Positions 1 to 12,904 of a stretch of 64,000 nt of DNA are shown here, piece after piece (the stretch's first letter is position 1; each line of letters opens with the position of its first letter). This stretch comes from Heteronotia binoei. Taxonomy: Eukaryota. Under the pieces are notes generated by a model. That model did no database searches. It worked only from the letters and a program-made list of their open reading frames with translations, and was not told where the DNA came from. The translations under genes were made by a program, and so were the position numbers. The stretch lies in assembly GCF_032191835.1 (NCBI RefSeq), contig NC_083237.1, positions 37,386,001 through 37,450,000 on the forward strand, given 5' to 3'.

Positions 1-127
1 CCCTGAGTCAATTAAAGCCCGGGCATGAATGGAGCACTTGAGCTTCAGATTCAACAGTGTCAATGGGACAAAAAATAGGGATCCCATTATTCTCACCCGT
101 AACGGTGCCGTTAGTTCTCGGCACCTC

Positions 128-1628
128 TCAGTGCAGGCCGTTCTCATTTTCCGCCGGCTCGGTTCCCCACAACTCTTCACTCAGGTCATCCAAAATTATA
201 GTATCCTCATCAAGCACCATCGTGGTTGTGGTGCTGCCTTGACTTGACTCTTTGGGTCTGGTCATTGTCTTCTTCAGTCCCACTGCGGTTGGCTTCGGGG
301 TAAGGGGGGGCTCGAGGTTTATCGGGGCAATTGGCGGCTAGGTGGCCCGGGTCACCACAGCGGAAGCACTTGCGACCGGTGGTGGCCTGGGGGTCCCCCC
401 CGTACCGCTCCTTTCTTCCCCTTGGTCTTATCTCCTGACTGAGCCTCACGTCTCCCCTTTCCTCCTTGCTGCAACTGGTGTTGGAGGGCCACTCACTTCA
501 TGTTGGTTTTGACCTCCCTGGCTAGCTACACCCACCCCACTAGGGTCATAGGGCGGGCCTGTTGAAGGGCCCGCTCCAGAAGGCTGGTGTTGAGGCGCCA
601 CTGGTACGCCTCGATCTTCATCATTTCACTCCAACCACGCATTTTGGCGCACTGTGCTCTGAAGTCTGCTGTATACTCCCATACTGACTTCGACCCTTGA
701 TGCATGTCTCGTAGCGCCATGATGGCCAGGGTCTCTTGGAGAGGGTTCTCGTATTGGAGCAGCAGGGCCCGTAGAAATCCAGCCACGCTATTGAGGTTGG
801 GACCCCGTGTCTCATACAAACTCACGTACCACCATCTAGCGGCCCCCTTTAGTTTGGAGCCTAGATAGTCCACCCGACTGGGGTCATCTCGAATGTGTTC
901 CCCCAATAGTGCATATAACTATTGGCTTGTATGGTGAAGTATTCCACCTCTTCTGGATCGCCGTCAAAGGTGGCGTCCAGCTCACGGCCCCTTCTGAAAT
1001 CTCGTGGTCCCAGGAAGGCTGGCCCTAGTGCCAGGATCCCGGGTGGTGCTGGAATTGCCAGGGCTACTGGTGGAGCTGGCGCCACAGGAGTTGTGTTGTA
1101 GCGTTGTAGCAGCCAGTCGATCTGCCTCTGCGTTGTAGCAGCCGGTCGATCTGCCGCTGCATCTCCCGCACCATGAACGTGGCGTTCGCTTGGATCTCGT
1201 CCCGCAGCTCTTGGGTCATGGCCGTTTTTTCTCCCCTCATGGGTTTTAGGATGTTCGTCTCCTTCAGAGGGCTCCTGTTCTCCCCCTCCGAGTCCGACTC
1301 GTGGCCGCGGTCATCGTCGGACCTCGGTTCTTCCCGCTCGTCGTCATCCCAGATCAGGCAAGTCATCCCTCTCTCCAGGGTTCCCGGTCTTCCCCCCTTG
1401 TACTGGCCTTGTCAGGAGGGTTTCGTGGCGTGCAGAGGCCTCGTCCGTCAGGGTGGTGGAGGGTTGCGGCGCCCACTTCCGAGGAGTGATGAATAGTTGT
1501 TGTATGTGTAGTGGGGATCCGCATCCCCCGACTCTCCGGGCCCCAATGATGTGCCAGGGGGGAATCCTTACTCCTGCGGCTCCAAAGTGTTCAGTAGGTT
1601 CTCTGTTATCCCAAACCTTTTCAGCCAT
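128..1628 (-). pseudogene. Degraded gypsy gag (capsid + zinc knuckle), broken over several frames
   Basis: ORF pieces 1344-1628, 1064-1366, 861-1085, 526-906 and 210-449 are collinear parts of one gag. Confidence 0.8.
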
Positions 1629-1683
1629 CCGGCTTAAAAGTGACCGGTTCAGATAAACTCCTAATAGTGGATCAGTTCCAAAA

Positions 1684-2141
1684 TGTCAAGCAAGCAGATT
1701 TCAAAGTAACCAGTCCTTGAGTTGAAACAAAGTATGGCTTTATTGATAATCTATATGCTTCTATTGAGCTAGGTATTGGAACTGATACACAGTAACAGTA
1801 GAGAGCATATTTAAAGATGGCAAATCAAAGGTTCTCTAAACAAAGCTACAAATTCTAAACAAAGCTGTATTCACGTGTGAAGATTCACATGATGACTTTC
1901 TTATCTCTCCTGTGGTTTCTCTTCCTGGGCCCAGGCCTGGGAACCTGTCCCTGGAGGCGTTATCTTCAAAGAGCAAATTCCTGCATTTGTTAGTAAAAGC
2001 GAAAGGGGTGCAAAAGAGAGGCGCCTGTTATTCTCTACTTTGATATGCCCAACTTAGTTCAGGGTGAGTAATATCTATGAAGCATTGCAATTACATTCAG
2101 ATAACATTTTACCATCAGAAAAGGTTTAACATTGCTTGACA
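1684..2141 (-). repeat. 5' LTR of the gypsy element (458 bp)
   Basis: TG...CA ends with a 10-bp terminal inverted repeat (TGTCAAGCAA / TTGCTTGACA). AATAAA on the minus strand about 55 bp before the LTR end. Lies directly upstream of gag. Confidence 0.75.
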
Positions 2142-2212
2142 ACATGCACCATTAGAATAATGATGGCAGTCTTCTGCAAAGTTAATGTACTTTCCTAACT
2201 CTCTACTACTAC

Positions 2213-2394
2213 CAGGACTTTTTTTTTGTAACAGGAACTCCTTTGCATATTAGGCTACAACGCCCTGATGTAGCCAATCCTCCAAGAGCTTACAGGGCTG
2301 TTACAGGGCCTACTGTAAGCTCTTAGAGGATTGGCTATATCAAGGGTGTGTGGTCTAATATGCAAAGGAGTTCCTGCTACAAAAAAAAGCCCTG
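2213..2394. mobile_element. Palindromic hAT-type MITE (about 182 bp)
   Basis: Near-perfect hairpin with CAGG(G/A)CTTTTTTT..AAAAAAAGCCCTG termini. Same family as 50027-50209, which has an 8-bp TSD. Confidence 0.8.
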
Positions 2395-2951
2395 ACCATC
2401 ACCGCCCCCACAGGAACAAAAGTTCAGAAAGCAAAGTGAGCTCATTTTGTTCCCCACTCATTTTTTCCTGAGAGGGTTGCAGACTCTTCCAATGAACATA
2501 GTGGTCAGAGTGGGGGTCTGAACAGGAATCAGCAGCAATCACCAGCCCTTCTTTCAATGACTCAATTTCCTTTGTGTAAATTGGTTTATGTTCTTCATGG
2601 GGAGCAGGATTCTTCATGGAAAGGAAGGATTGCTGCCACTGGAATAGCATTTAGCCAGCACTGGCATAATGAAAAAAGACTAGTAGATGCCACACAATGA
2701 GGACATTAAATGCAGTATATTGGGATGAACAGGCAATGAATGGCAAATGCTTTATTTGCCTTGAGGTTCATAGGTGTCACTGCAAAACTGGGAGCATTGT
2801 TACTTAACCTATTGCACAGTGTTGTATCTAAGACAAATGAGAGAAATGGAATTTTAAACCATTTTCTACTGGGAAAAGTGGTATGGAAACCATAACATAT
2901 AACTTTTCCTTTCCTGTTCCTGTCCTCCCTCATACAGTTTTGTACTTATCG

Positions 2952-4326
2952 TCACACACATACACACTGTGGCTAATAGCCACTGATGGACCTCTGCTCC
3001 ATATTTTTATCTAACCCCCTCTTGAAGGTGGCCATGCTTGTGGCCGCCACCACCTCCTGTGGCAGTGAATTCCACATGTTAATCACCCTTTGGGTGAAGA
3101 AGTACTTCCTTTTATCCGTTTTAACCTGTCTGCTCAGCAATTTCATCGAATGCCCACGAGTTCTCGTATTGTGAGAAAGGGAGAAAAGTACTTCTTTCTC
3201 TACTTTCTCCATCCCATGCATTATCTTGTAAACCTCTATCATGTCACCCCTCAGTCGACGTTTCTCCAAGCTAAAGAGCCCTAAGCGTTTCAACCTTTCT
3301 TCATAAGGAAGGTGTTCCAGCCCTTTAATCATTCTAGTTGCCCTTTTCTGAACTTTCTCCAATGCTATAATATCCTTTTTGAGGTGCGGCGACCAGAACT
3401 GCACACAGTACTCCAAATGAGACCGCACCATCGATTTATACAGGGGCATTATGATTCTGGCTGATTTGTTTTCAATTCCCTTCCTAATAATTCCCAGCAT
3501 GGCGTTGGCCTTTTTTATTGCAAACGCACACTGTCTTGACATTTTCAGTTAATTATCTACCACGACCCCAAGATCTCTCTCTTGGTCAGTCTCTGCCAGT
3601 TCACACCCCATCAACTTGTATTTGTAGCTGGGATTCTTGGCCACAATGTGCATTACTTTGCACTTGGCCACATTGAACCACATCTGCTACGTTGATGCCC
3701 ACTCACCCAGCCTCAACAGATCCCTTTGGAGTTCCTCACAATCCTCTCTGGTTCTCACCATCCTGAACAATTTAGTGTCATCCGCAAATTTGGCCACTTC
3801 ACTGCTCACTCCCAACTCTAAATCATTTATGAACAAGTTAAAGAGCATGGGACCCAGTACCGAGCCCTGCGGCACCCCACTGCTTACCGTCCTCCACTGC
3901 GAAGACTGCCCATTTATACTCACTCTCTGCTTCCTATTACTCAGCCAGTTTTTGATCCACAAGAGGACCTGTCCTTTTACTCCATGACTCTCAAGCTTTC
4001 TAAGGAGCCTTTGATGAGGAACTTTATCAAAAGCTTTCTGGAAGTCAAGGTAAACAACATCTATCGGGTCTCCTTTGTCCACAAGTTTGTTTACCCCCTC
4101 AAAGAAATGTAACAGGTTAGTGAGGCAAGATCTTCCCTTACAGAACCCATGCTGAGTCTTCCTCAATAACCTGTGTTCATCAATGTGCCTACTCATTCTG
4201 TCCTTGATAATGGTTTCTACCAACTTTCCTGGTATTGAAGTCAGACTGACTGGCCTGTAATTTCATGGATCTCCTCTGGAACCCTTTTTAAAGATGGGGG
4301 TGACATTTGCTACCTTCCAGTCCTGA
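2952..4326 (-). mobile_element. CR1 LINE, 5'-truncated (RT and C-terminal region), one nonsense codon
   Basis: ORFs 3687-4223 and 2973-3542 with SGVPQGSVLGP, KFADDTKL and the CR1 C-terminus (RSHLEYCVQFWSP, KYFFTQRV). Confidence 0.95.
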
Positions 4327-4418
4327 CATAATGACAGAAATCTTAGTAAATGACAGACAGATCTTGTTCTGGCCCCTTTAGTTTTACTTTATGCACGTAT
4401 GAGGTCTTTTACATCAGC

Positions 4419-4631
4419 NNNNNNNNNNNNNNNNNNNNNNNNNNNNNNNNNNNNNNNNNNNNNNNNNNNNNNNNNNNNNNNNNNNNNNNNNNNNNNNNNN
4501 NNNNNNNNNNNNNNNNNNNNNNNNNNNNNNNNNNNNNNNNNNNNNNNNNNNNNNNNNNNNNNNNNNNNNNNNNNNNNNNNNNNNNNNNNNNNNNNNNNNN
4601 NNNNNNNNNNNNNNNNNNNNNNNNNNNNNNN
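4419..4631. other. Assembly gap (N run)
   Basis: Run of N. Confidence 1.
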
Positions 4632-4712
4632 TGATTCTTTTAACTGAAGATGGAATCTGGGATCTTCTGCATGCAAAGCTGAAACTCTACCACTGAGCCA
4701 CAGCCTCTCCCT
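4632..4712 (-). mobile_element. tRNA-derived SINE head (partial, runs into the gap)
   Basis: Minus strand GGCTGTGGCTCAGTGGTAGAG (A box) followed by a GCAGAAGATCCCAGATTCC B-box-like segment. Related to 38110-38285. Confidence 0.6.
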
Positions 4713-5034
4713 TAACAATAGCAAACATATGCTGCTAATTATCTGTTTACATTGGTTACAAACATTGAAGAAATGCTACAACTTATGAAAAGTCTTCCAT
4801 CAGGTACATAGAACCCTTGGGAGAACTTTCCCAGAAAACAGAGCAGACTTTAATTTAATGACTTTCAAAATCATACAGCTTTTAAGATTCTAGTTTTGAG
4901 AGAAATCAGCATGATACAGTGACGCAAGCTCTACCAGAAGATCTACTTGCATCAATGAATGAAGAGAGAGGTAAGCACTAAAGCAGCTGTAGAAGAAACT
5001 GAATCTGACATTGAAATTTTCAGTGTTATAAGGT

Positions 5035-6082
5035 GATTCCAAAGGCTCCTTAGTAAGCTTGGAGTCAGGGAGTAAAAAGACAGGTCCTCTTGTGGATCAA
5101 AAACTGGCTAATTAATAGGAAGCAGAAAGTGAGTATAAATGGGCAGTCTTCGCAGTGGAGGGCAGTAAGCAGTGGGGTGCCACAGGACACAGTACTGGGT
5201 CCCATGCTCTTTAACTTGTTCATTAATGATATGGAGTTGAGAGTAAGCAGTGAAGTGGCGAAGTTTTCAGATGACACTAAATTGTTCGGGGTGGTGAGAA
5301 CCAGAGAGGATTGTGAGGCACTCCAAAGGGATCTGTCGAGGCTGGGTGAGTGGGCGTCAACGTGGCAGATGAGGTTCAATGTGGCCAAGTGCAAAGTAAT
5401 GCACATTGTGGCCAAGAATCCCAGCTACAAATACAAGTTGATGGGTTGTGAATTGGCAGAGACTGACCAAGAGAGAGATCTTGAGGTCGTGGTGGATAAC
5501 TCACTGAAAATGTCAAGACAGTGTGCGATTGCAATAAAAAAGGTCAACGCCATGCTGGGAATTATTAGGAAGGGAACTGAAAACAAATAAGCCAGTATCA
5601 TAATGCCCCTGTATGAATCGATGGTGCGGTCTCATTTGGAATACTGTGTACAATTCTGGTCACCGCACCTCAAAAAGGATATTATAGCACTGGAAAATGT
5701 CCAGAAAAGGGCAACTAGAATGATTACAGGTTTGGAACACTTTCCCTATGAAGAAAGGTTAAAATGCTTGGGGCTCTTTAGCTTGGAGAAACATCAACTG
5801 CGGGGTGACATGCTAGAGGTTTACAAGATTATGCATGGGATGGAGAAAGTAGAGAAAGAAGTACTTTTCTCCCTTTCTCACAATACAAGAACTCATGGGC
5901 ATTCAATGAAATTGCTGAGCAGTCAGGTTAAAACGGATAAAAGGAAGTACTTCTTCACCCAAAGTGTGATTAACATGTGGAATTCACTGCCACAGGAGGT
6001 GGTGGCGGCTACAAGCATAGCCAGCTTCAAGAGGGGATTGGATAAAAATACGGAGCACAGGTCCATCAGTGGCTATTAGCCA

Positions 6083-6134
<52 letters not shown>

Positions 6135-6236
6135 ATATATATATATATATATATATATAGACCACTATGTGACACAAAGTGTTGGACTGGATGGGCCATT
6201 GGCCTGATCCAACATGGCTTCTCTTATGTTATGTTC
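5035..6236 (+). mobile_element. CR1 LINE, 5'-truncated, with 3' UTR
   Basis: ORFs 5090-5590 and 5603-6079 (RT, nonsense codon between them). 3' end GGCCTGATCCAACATGGCTTCTCTTATGTTATGTT. Confidence 0.95.
6085..6159. repeat. Compound (GT)n(AT)n microsatellite inside the CR1 3' UTR
   Basis: Direct reading. Confidence 0.98.
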
Positions 6237-6949
6237 ATATATTTTGCTTTTCTATTATGACTGTCCTATTGTCCAGAAAAGTTTGCCACATTCTTTAACT
6301 CTAATTAATTTAACTACTGATCCTTCTGCTGTCTCTCGCCCCTGGTGTAGTGCAATCCTATTTAGTGTTTCTACAGTTAAATCCCTTTGAAATTAATGGG
6401 CATAACCTAGATGAGCCCTGCTCTTCTAGTGTCCTTCATAGAGTCTTTTGTATAAAGGAGCATAGATTCATATGAGTCCTGACATATAGTTTCAAGAGGG
6501 TTAAATAACAAAACAACTTCAGCAACAGGTGAGAAAGGGAGGCAATAAAGGAAGATGTAAGAACAAAAACGTGTACAGCTTGCATTCTTGACTCCTTCAT
6601 GTTATTCCACGACTTGTGTGAGCAATATATCTGGGGAGGAGGGGCAAGAATTATTGCAGCATAATGCTAAAGTTATGGCTTCCTGTATTATTTACCCTTT
6701 TACAAGGTTGTCAGAAATGCTTTCATTAAGATAGTGTAACAGTGCAGCAAGAGGAGTAGATGTTGGCTGGCAGTGCCACTTTAAGAAGTTATACTTTTCT
6801 AAACAGATCCTACCAATTGTTTAAAATTGCATTTAATGGTTGAAGGGAGGTAGCTATTATTCCACAGCACCAACAATTCTCACTGAACTAATATAACTGA
6901 ACTAGGAACATCAGAATAATCAGAAACATCAACATACATCTGGTTTTAA

Positions 6950-7080
6950 GTACTGGAAAATGTATGAATGATTTTATTGTATATTTTGTTATAACATTTT
7001 ATGCTATTTTAATTGTTGTTAGCCGCCTTGAGCCTGTCAGGGGAGGGCGGGATATAAATGTGATAAAATAAATAAATAAA
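6950..7080 (+). mobile_element. L2-type LINE 3' tail fragment
   Basis: GTTAGCCGCCTTGAGCC..GGGCGGGATATAAAT..(AAAT)n matches the tail of the L2 at 24915-24990. Confidence 0.65.
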
Positions 7081-7525
7081 TTGCTAGTTAAAAAAAAAAA
7101 AGTGGTGGTCCTCTTTGACTACCCAATGTAGACATTGGAATTGCATGTACAGAAGTCTTGAGAGGTAGTAAGGCATAGAACTGGGTGAGAGTTAACAAAC
7201 AAGCTACTTACGGTAAATTCCACATTTCCTGTGACATAGCCCTTGCCTAAGGGGTCCTGGTTTGTCATATATGAAATGTTTTAGAGATTTATAGCAGACA
7301 GAGCACATATGTGCATTAAGCATTGCCATGTTTGGATCAGAGCATGTAAATCAGGCCAAAATCTGAAGACTGGAAAGGGGTGCTTGGGAGAACTTGATCA
7401 TTTCCATGATCTCTTAGGCCAACTCTGGATGATCTGGGGAACTGGGATTCTCAGAACAAGGTATACCGATTAAGTGATTCTCTGTTTTGACCAACAGGGA
7501 CCATGTGGCAAAATAAAGAAGTCAA

Positions 7526-8474
7526 ATGCCCAACTTAACTTCTTCCTCTGAGTTTTTGCTCTTGGGATTTTCAGACATCCGAGAAGTACAGATCTTAAAC
7601 TTCTTCATGTTCCTAGGACTATATTTGATAGCACTGACTGGTAATTTTCTCATTATTGTGGCTGTTACCCTTGACCATCACCTTCACACTCCCATGTACT
7701 TCTTGTTAGTGAATTTGGCTATTCTGGATCTTGGATTAGTTTCTGTCTTGGTGCCCAAAGCTATGGCCAATTTCCTCATGAACAACAGAACAATTTCTTA
7801 CTTTGGGTGTGCAACTCAAGTTTTCTTTTATCCCCTTTTTGGAGGGACAGATATTGCCTTTCTAACAGTAATGGCCTATGATCGGTATGTTGCTATCTGC
7901 AATCCATTGCAATATGAAGTCATTATGCACAAAGGATCTTGCCTTCGGATGGCAGCCAGTGCATGGATTACTGGTATCCTTTATGCCACTTTACACACCA
8001 GTGGCACTTTTGCCATCACCTTCTGCTCCAATGTTATCAATCAGTTCTTTTGTGAAATACCAGTTACTGAATCTGTCCTGCTCTGACTTATATCTAGTTG
8101 AAACTGGCCTAATTATTTTTAGCTTTGTCATAGTGGTGGGATACTTTATTTTCATTATTTTAACATACGTTGAAATCTTTTCAGCGGTACTCAGAATCCC
8201 TTCAGTGCTGGGTAGGAAAAAGGCCCTCTCCACTTGCCTTCCTCACCTCACTGTGTTCTCTCTGCTTGTTTTCACTGGATTGTTTGCTTATGTAAGGCCT
8301 TCCTCTAACACATCATCTGATCTTGACATTGTTATTGCAGTATCTTATGCTATACTCCCTCCTCTGCTCAATCCATTCATTTATACCATGAGGAACAAAG
8401 AGATCAAAACTGCTTTGTTGAAGCTCTTCAGTGCTGGGCATTTTTCTGTAATTACCAACAAAGCTATTCCATGA
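7526..8474 (+). pseudogene. Olfactory receptor (OR14-like) pseudogene with a single frameshift
   Basis: LHTPMYFLL, MAYDRYVAIC, KALSTCLPHL and PLLNPFIY motifs. The frame changes at CEIP (about 8060), consistent with a 2-bp loss (CCACAG to CCAG). Confidence 0.93.
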
Positions 8475-9559
8475 CAATGGTATTTTGCAATCTACCTCTT
8501 CCAAATGTTTCTCCTCCATGATTTTAAACTGTGGCTTATAAACACTGCCGTATATAAGAAACATTAGGTGCATTCACACTACATTAAATAATGTGTTTTG
8601 CAACTGGATTTTTACTGTGCAAGAATAGCAAAAATCCACTTGCAAAACCCATTATTTAGTGTAATGTGAGCACACCCATTAATTTGCATTTGCCACAGAA
8701 ACTCCTAGCTCAGCTTAATACATTTTATGCGTCTTTAAAAAAAAATGTTCCCCTGTGTTTGGCTATCTAGCTTGTCTCCATTTTTCAGTCCAATTTCCAT
8801 GACAGGATGTAATTAATTGTTGTGAGTATCTGAAATCCATGACCAATTTCATAGGATAGTAACTTTTTAAACAATTATTTAGACTGATCAAAGCACATTC
8901 TTAAAGGAATATTATGCATGCAGACTCAGATTCATTTTTCCTGCAGCCACTGTTGGGAAATTATTCGCATGACTTTGGACCTTCATAGACTTAGAATACT
9001 CCATCAGCATCACCAAAGTAAGTGAGATAACTCTTCAAGGAAGACTTTTTGGCTCAGAGGGGAAACAAATGGTGTGAGGAGGATGACAAGAACCCTTGTC
9101 TGCAAGCAAGCTCCTTTTTCCAATTAGAGAAACCACATGAAGGTGCAAACTGGACTCAACACCCCTTTCTCAGAGCAATCATGGATCTTCATGTCCTTTC
9201 ATCCTCCTGTTGTGCATGGCCCACATATATTGTTATGAAAAAAACTGAATATCTCAACTTACTCATTCAAGTTTCATTTCTGCTGTAGGATAATCAAATC
9301 TATGAGGGTTTTTGTTTTAATTTTGTACCAGTTCCTGTTTTATTAAATTGCACTTCCAATTTAATATTGTACTTATTTTTAAAAAAATTTTATGACAGCT
9401 GTGTATCAGTTATACAGGCTTATATGAATTGCTTCTCAAGCACATAAAACGCTATTAAAGAAAGGCAAGAAAGAACTGAGGGAAACTGAAAGAAATTAGA
9501 TGGGTAATATGTTATTTAAAAATAAGACAGCCAACCTATAGACTTATTCAGAATATCTC

Positions 9560-9765
9560 ATCACTGTGGAAAAGTGGTTTGAGTGTCAAGGTATTATTTT
9601 GGAGTCTCAGGTTTGAATTTCTACTCTTTCATAGAGTATGGACTTGAACTGGTCATTCTCTCTCTCTAACCTACCTCCAGAAACTGTTGTGAGGATAAAA
9701 TGGAAGAGAGGAGAATGATGCAACTGCTTTTGGTCCCCATTGAGAAGAAAGATGGAGTATCTTTA
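9560..9765 (+). mobile_element. Degraded tRNA-derived SINE
   Basis: A/B-box-like head and CTAACCTACCTC..GTTGTGAGGATAAAATGG core. Diverged. Confidence 0.5.
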
Positions 9766-10072
9766 TATAGGTACATAGAGAAACAAAGCCTGCTGAAGAA
9801 AAATTGGCATGGCTTCCACAAAAGGAAGTTCTGCCTCACCAAACTTTTAGAATTCTTTGAGAAAGTGGACAAGTAGGTAGACAACGGTGACCAAATGGAC
9901 AAAAGGCTTTTGCAAAGGTACCTCACCAATGACTCCTGGGTAAACTTAGCAGTCATAGGATAAGAGGATGAGTTCTTTCAGGAGATGCTTTGTAGCAAAA
10001 AGGTTCAGGAACTCAGTAGCATAACTTGTTTGCTTATGAGTTATGCTGATGAGAGAATAAAAGAGAAAGGAA

Positions 10073-10217
10073 NNNNNNNNNNNNNNNNNNNNNNNNNNNN
10101 NNNNNNNNNNNNNNNNNNNNNNNNNNNNNNNNNNNNNNNNNNNNNNNNNNNNNNNNNNNNNNNNNNNNNNNNNNNNNNNNNNNNNNNNNNNNNNNNNNNN
10201 NNNNNNNNNNNNNNNNN
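10073..10217. other. Assembly gap (N run)
   Basis: Run of N. Confidence 1.
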
Positions 10218-10257
10218 GAAGAGAGAGAAAGAATATGGGAATGGATGAAGAGAGAAG

Positions 10258-10330
10258 AAAGGAAGGAGGGAAGGAAGGAAGGAAGGAAGGAAGGAAGGAA
10301 GGAAGGAAGGAAGGAAGGAAGGAAGGAAGG
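10258..10330. repeat. (GGAA)n microsatellite
   Basis: Direct reading. Confidence 0.98.
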
Positions 10331-12904
10331 AACCACACTGCAAGAGAAACTGCACGCAGACCCCCTAGCTCAGGGGTGTCAAACTCTGACATAAATGAGA
10401 CCTTGTTCCGCCGTGGGATGGAGGATCTTCCTTCTGCCTCTGCAGGCTGGCTGCAGAAAAAACAGGGAAAGTCCAGCCACCCTGTACCTCCCAGACAGCT
10501 TGGGAATCAAGGAGTGGTGGTAGGGGGAATCTTCCCTGTGCCAGTAATATTTATTTCATTCATAAATGATTTTGAATGGAGAGTGAATACTGTAGTGGTC
10601 AAGTTTCCAGATGTCACAAAATTAATCAGTATGGTAAAAACCAAGGCTGACTGAAAAACTTCAAGGAGATCTCCACAAATCAGTTGAATGGGCAACAATG
10701 TGGCTTACAAAGTTCAATGTTGGTAAGTGTAAAGTGATTAGAGGCATGTGATCAGAGCTACTCAAACTGAAAATATACCTGAAAAATATCTTATTAGTAC
10801 CTTTGAGTATATTTTAGCAACCCAAACATATCCACATTTTCTCAGGAAAACCGGGGAAAAAATTCTGAAAAAAATCCCAGGTACATTTGGGTATCACAGG
10901 TAGATCTGAAAACAGTGGATAGGCGGTACCAGATTGTTCCTGCCTCTCAGCTGTTTGCTGGGCTCTTGCTGTAGTTCCTTTTAAAATTTAAAGAGACTGC
11001 AGAAGACAGTCCCAGGATCTGCTGTGGTAGGGGGAGCAGACTGTGCCCGCTGGCTTGGCTTGAGGCTCCAGGAGGTTTCAACCAGGCTGCAGGAAAAACC
11101 AGCTCCAAAATCTGCTGTGCTTCAGGGAGTCATTTGCTAGCTATGGCATGCAGATCCTGGGGCTGGTTTCTGCCACAGCACAAAGCCATGCAAGTGAGGG
11201 TCTGCATGCCGTGGGTTCCCCACATCATAGCAGATCCTGGGGCTGGCTCCTTGTGCAACCTGGTTTAAACCAGGTTTTCAAGAAGGGGAAAGAAGAAAAC
11301 AAATCTGAATATAGTACCAGTACTGGGAAATGGGGTTTTTTTTGTTTTTGTTTTTTTAAATGCCAAAAATTGTTCAGGTCCAAATTATTTGAACAACAAC
11401 AAAAAAAGTTTTTAAAATGCACTCCCAGAAAGGTGATGTACATTCAGACAATCAATAAATCAATCCCTACTTCAAATATAGGCTAATGAGTCTGAACTTC
11501 CTGAGATTGAGATCAAAAAAGATCTTGGGGTAACAGTGGATAGCTCAATGAAAGTGTCAACCCAGTGTGCTGCATTAGTGAAAAAAAACCCTCTTATGTT
11601 AGGGATTAGTAGGAAAAGGATTGAAAACTAAACAATTGATATTATAATGCCCCTGTAGAGATCTGTGGTGCAACCTCATTTGGAATACGGTATACCATTC
11701 TGGACACAGTTTTCTCAAAAAGGACATCACAGAGCTGGAAAAAAGTGCAGAAGTGGGCAACCCAGATGACTAGGGAATTGAAGCAACTTCTCTATGAAGA
11801 TTTTTCAGTTTGGAAAAAAGACAACAAAGGAAGGACATGAGGGAGATTTATAAAATTATGCATGAGGTGGAGACAATTGACAGAGAACTTTTTATTCCTC
11901 TTCCAAAATATTAGAACTCCAAGGGATTCAATGAAGCTGACAGGCAGTAGATTCAGGATGAACAAAAGGGAATATTTTATTTACAAAGAGGGTTATTCAA
12001 ATGTGGAATTTGCCACCAGAGGATTTAGTGATGGCCACAAGAATATAGATTCAGGTGCATAACTCTGTAGATCTGAAACAAGAATAGAAAATTTTGAGTC
12101 CAGTGGCACCTTTAAAACCAACAAAGTTGAGTTCTGTGTGTGCATGCACAATGCACAATGTATCTGAAGAAGTTTGCATACACATGAAAGCTTATATGCA
12201 AAATTAAACTTTATTGGTTTTATAAAGGTGCCACGTATTCAAACTTTGGCTACAGGAACAAACAACTTTTAATAGGGGATTTATGGATGATAGGCTTGTC
12301 AGTGGCTACTAGCCATGGTGACTGAGGGGAACCTTCACATTCAAAGGCACTAGACCTCTCAGTCCCAGTGCCAGGAGGCAACATCAGGTGAAGGCCTCAG
12401 TATCTGTGTCCTATTGTTGGCCTTCCAAAGGAACAGGTTGGCCACTGTGTGATACAGGACAAGATGGACCTTTGTTCTAATCCAACAGGGTTCTTCTTAT
12501 GTTCTCTAAACAAACAAACAGATAAATGAGGAGTAATTTGGAGTGTGTTGGGCCTTTCTGGAGCATAAAGATTAGGGGAAAGAGAGAGAAAAAGAAGATG
12601 GGGACAGAGAAAGAGGGAAGGAAGCAAGCAAGGAAGGAAGGAACCACACCGCAAGAGAAACTGGGGCCAGGATCTTCGTGCAGCAGGGAGATTTCTCCCT
12701 GCTGCATGCAGACCCCCTAGCTCAGGGTTGTCAAACTCTGACAGAAATTAGACTTTGTTCCACTGTGCAGAAGCACAGGGAAAGTCCAGCCACCCTGTGC
12801 CTCCTGGGTTTTTCTTATGTTCAGCAGGGTTCTTATGTTCTCTAAACAAGCAAGCAAATAAATGAGAAGTAATTTGGAGTGTGCTGGGCCTTTCTGGAGC
12901 ATAT

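Larger units (their letters stand above)
1..2141 (-). mobile_element. Ty3/gypsy LTR retrotransposon remnant (sushi/PEG10-like gag); 5' LTR, gag and start of pol; continues beyond the left window edge
   Basis: Minus-strand gag fragments with a retrotransposon capsid-like segment (DYLGSKLKGAARWW...QGSKSVWEYTADF) and a CCHC knuckle (CFRCGDPGHLAANC). Protease motif ARALIDSG at 1-24. Multiple frameshifts and stops. Confidence 0.88.
9770..12500 (+). mobile_element. Old fragmented CR1 LINE interrupted by a microsatellite, a gap and non-autonomous DNA elements
   Basis: Collinear CR1 RT pieces at about 9770-9960, 10520-10735, 11440-12050 and a 3' UTR piece at 12270-12500. Confidence 0.75.

Noticed and set aside
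104-153. Possible gag-pol -1 frameshift signal in the gypsy element (CGGAAAA plus the hairpin GGTGCCG-N8-CGGCACC)
   Set aside because: The heptamer is not canonical, the spacer is about 21 nt, and the protease frame is +1 rather than -1 relative to the gag tail in this degraded copy.
4350-4724. ORFs spanning X runs (also 9946-10392)
   Set aside because: Artefacts of N gaps and the (GGAA)n microsatellite.
3637-5415. Near-identical 116-aa ORFs MATMCITLHL... on opposite strands
   Set aside because: These are antisense frames of the two CR1 RT regions, not genes.
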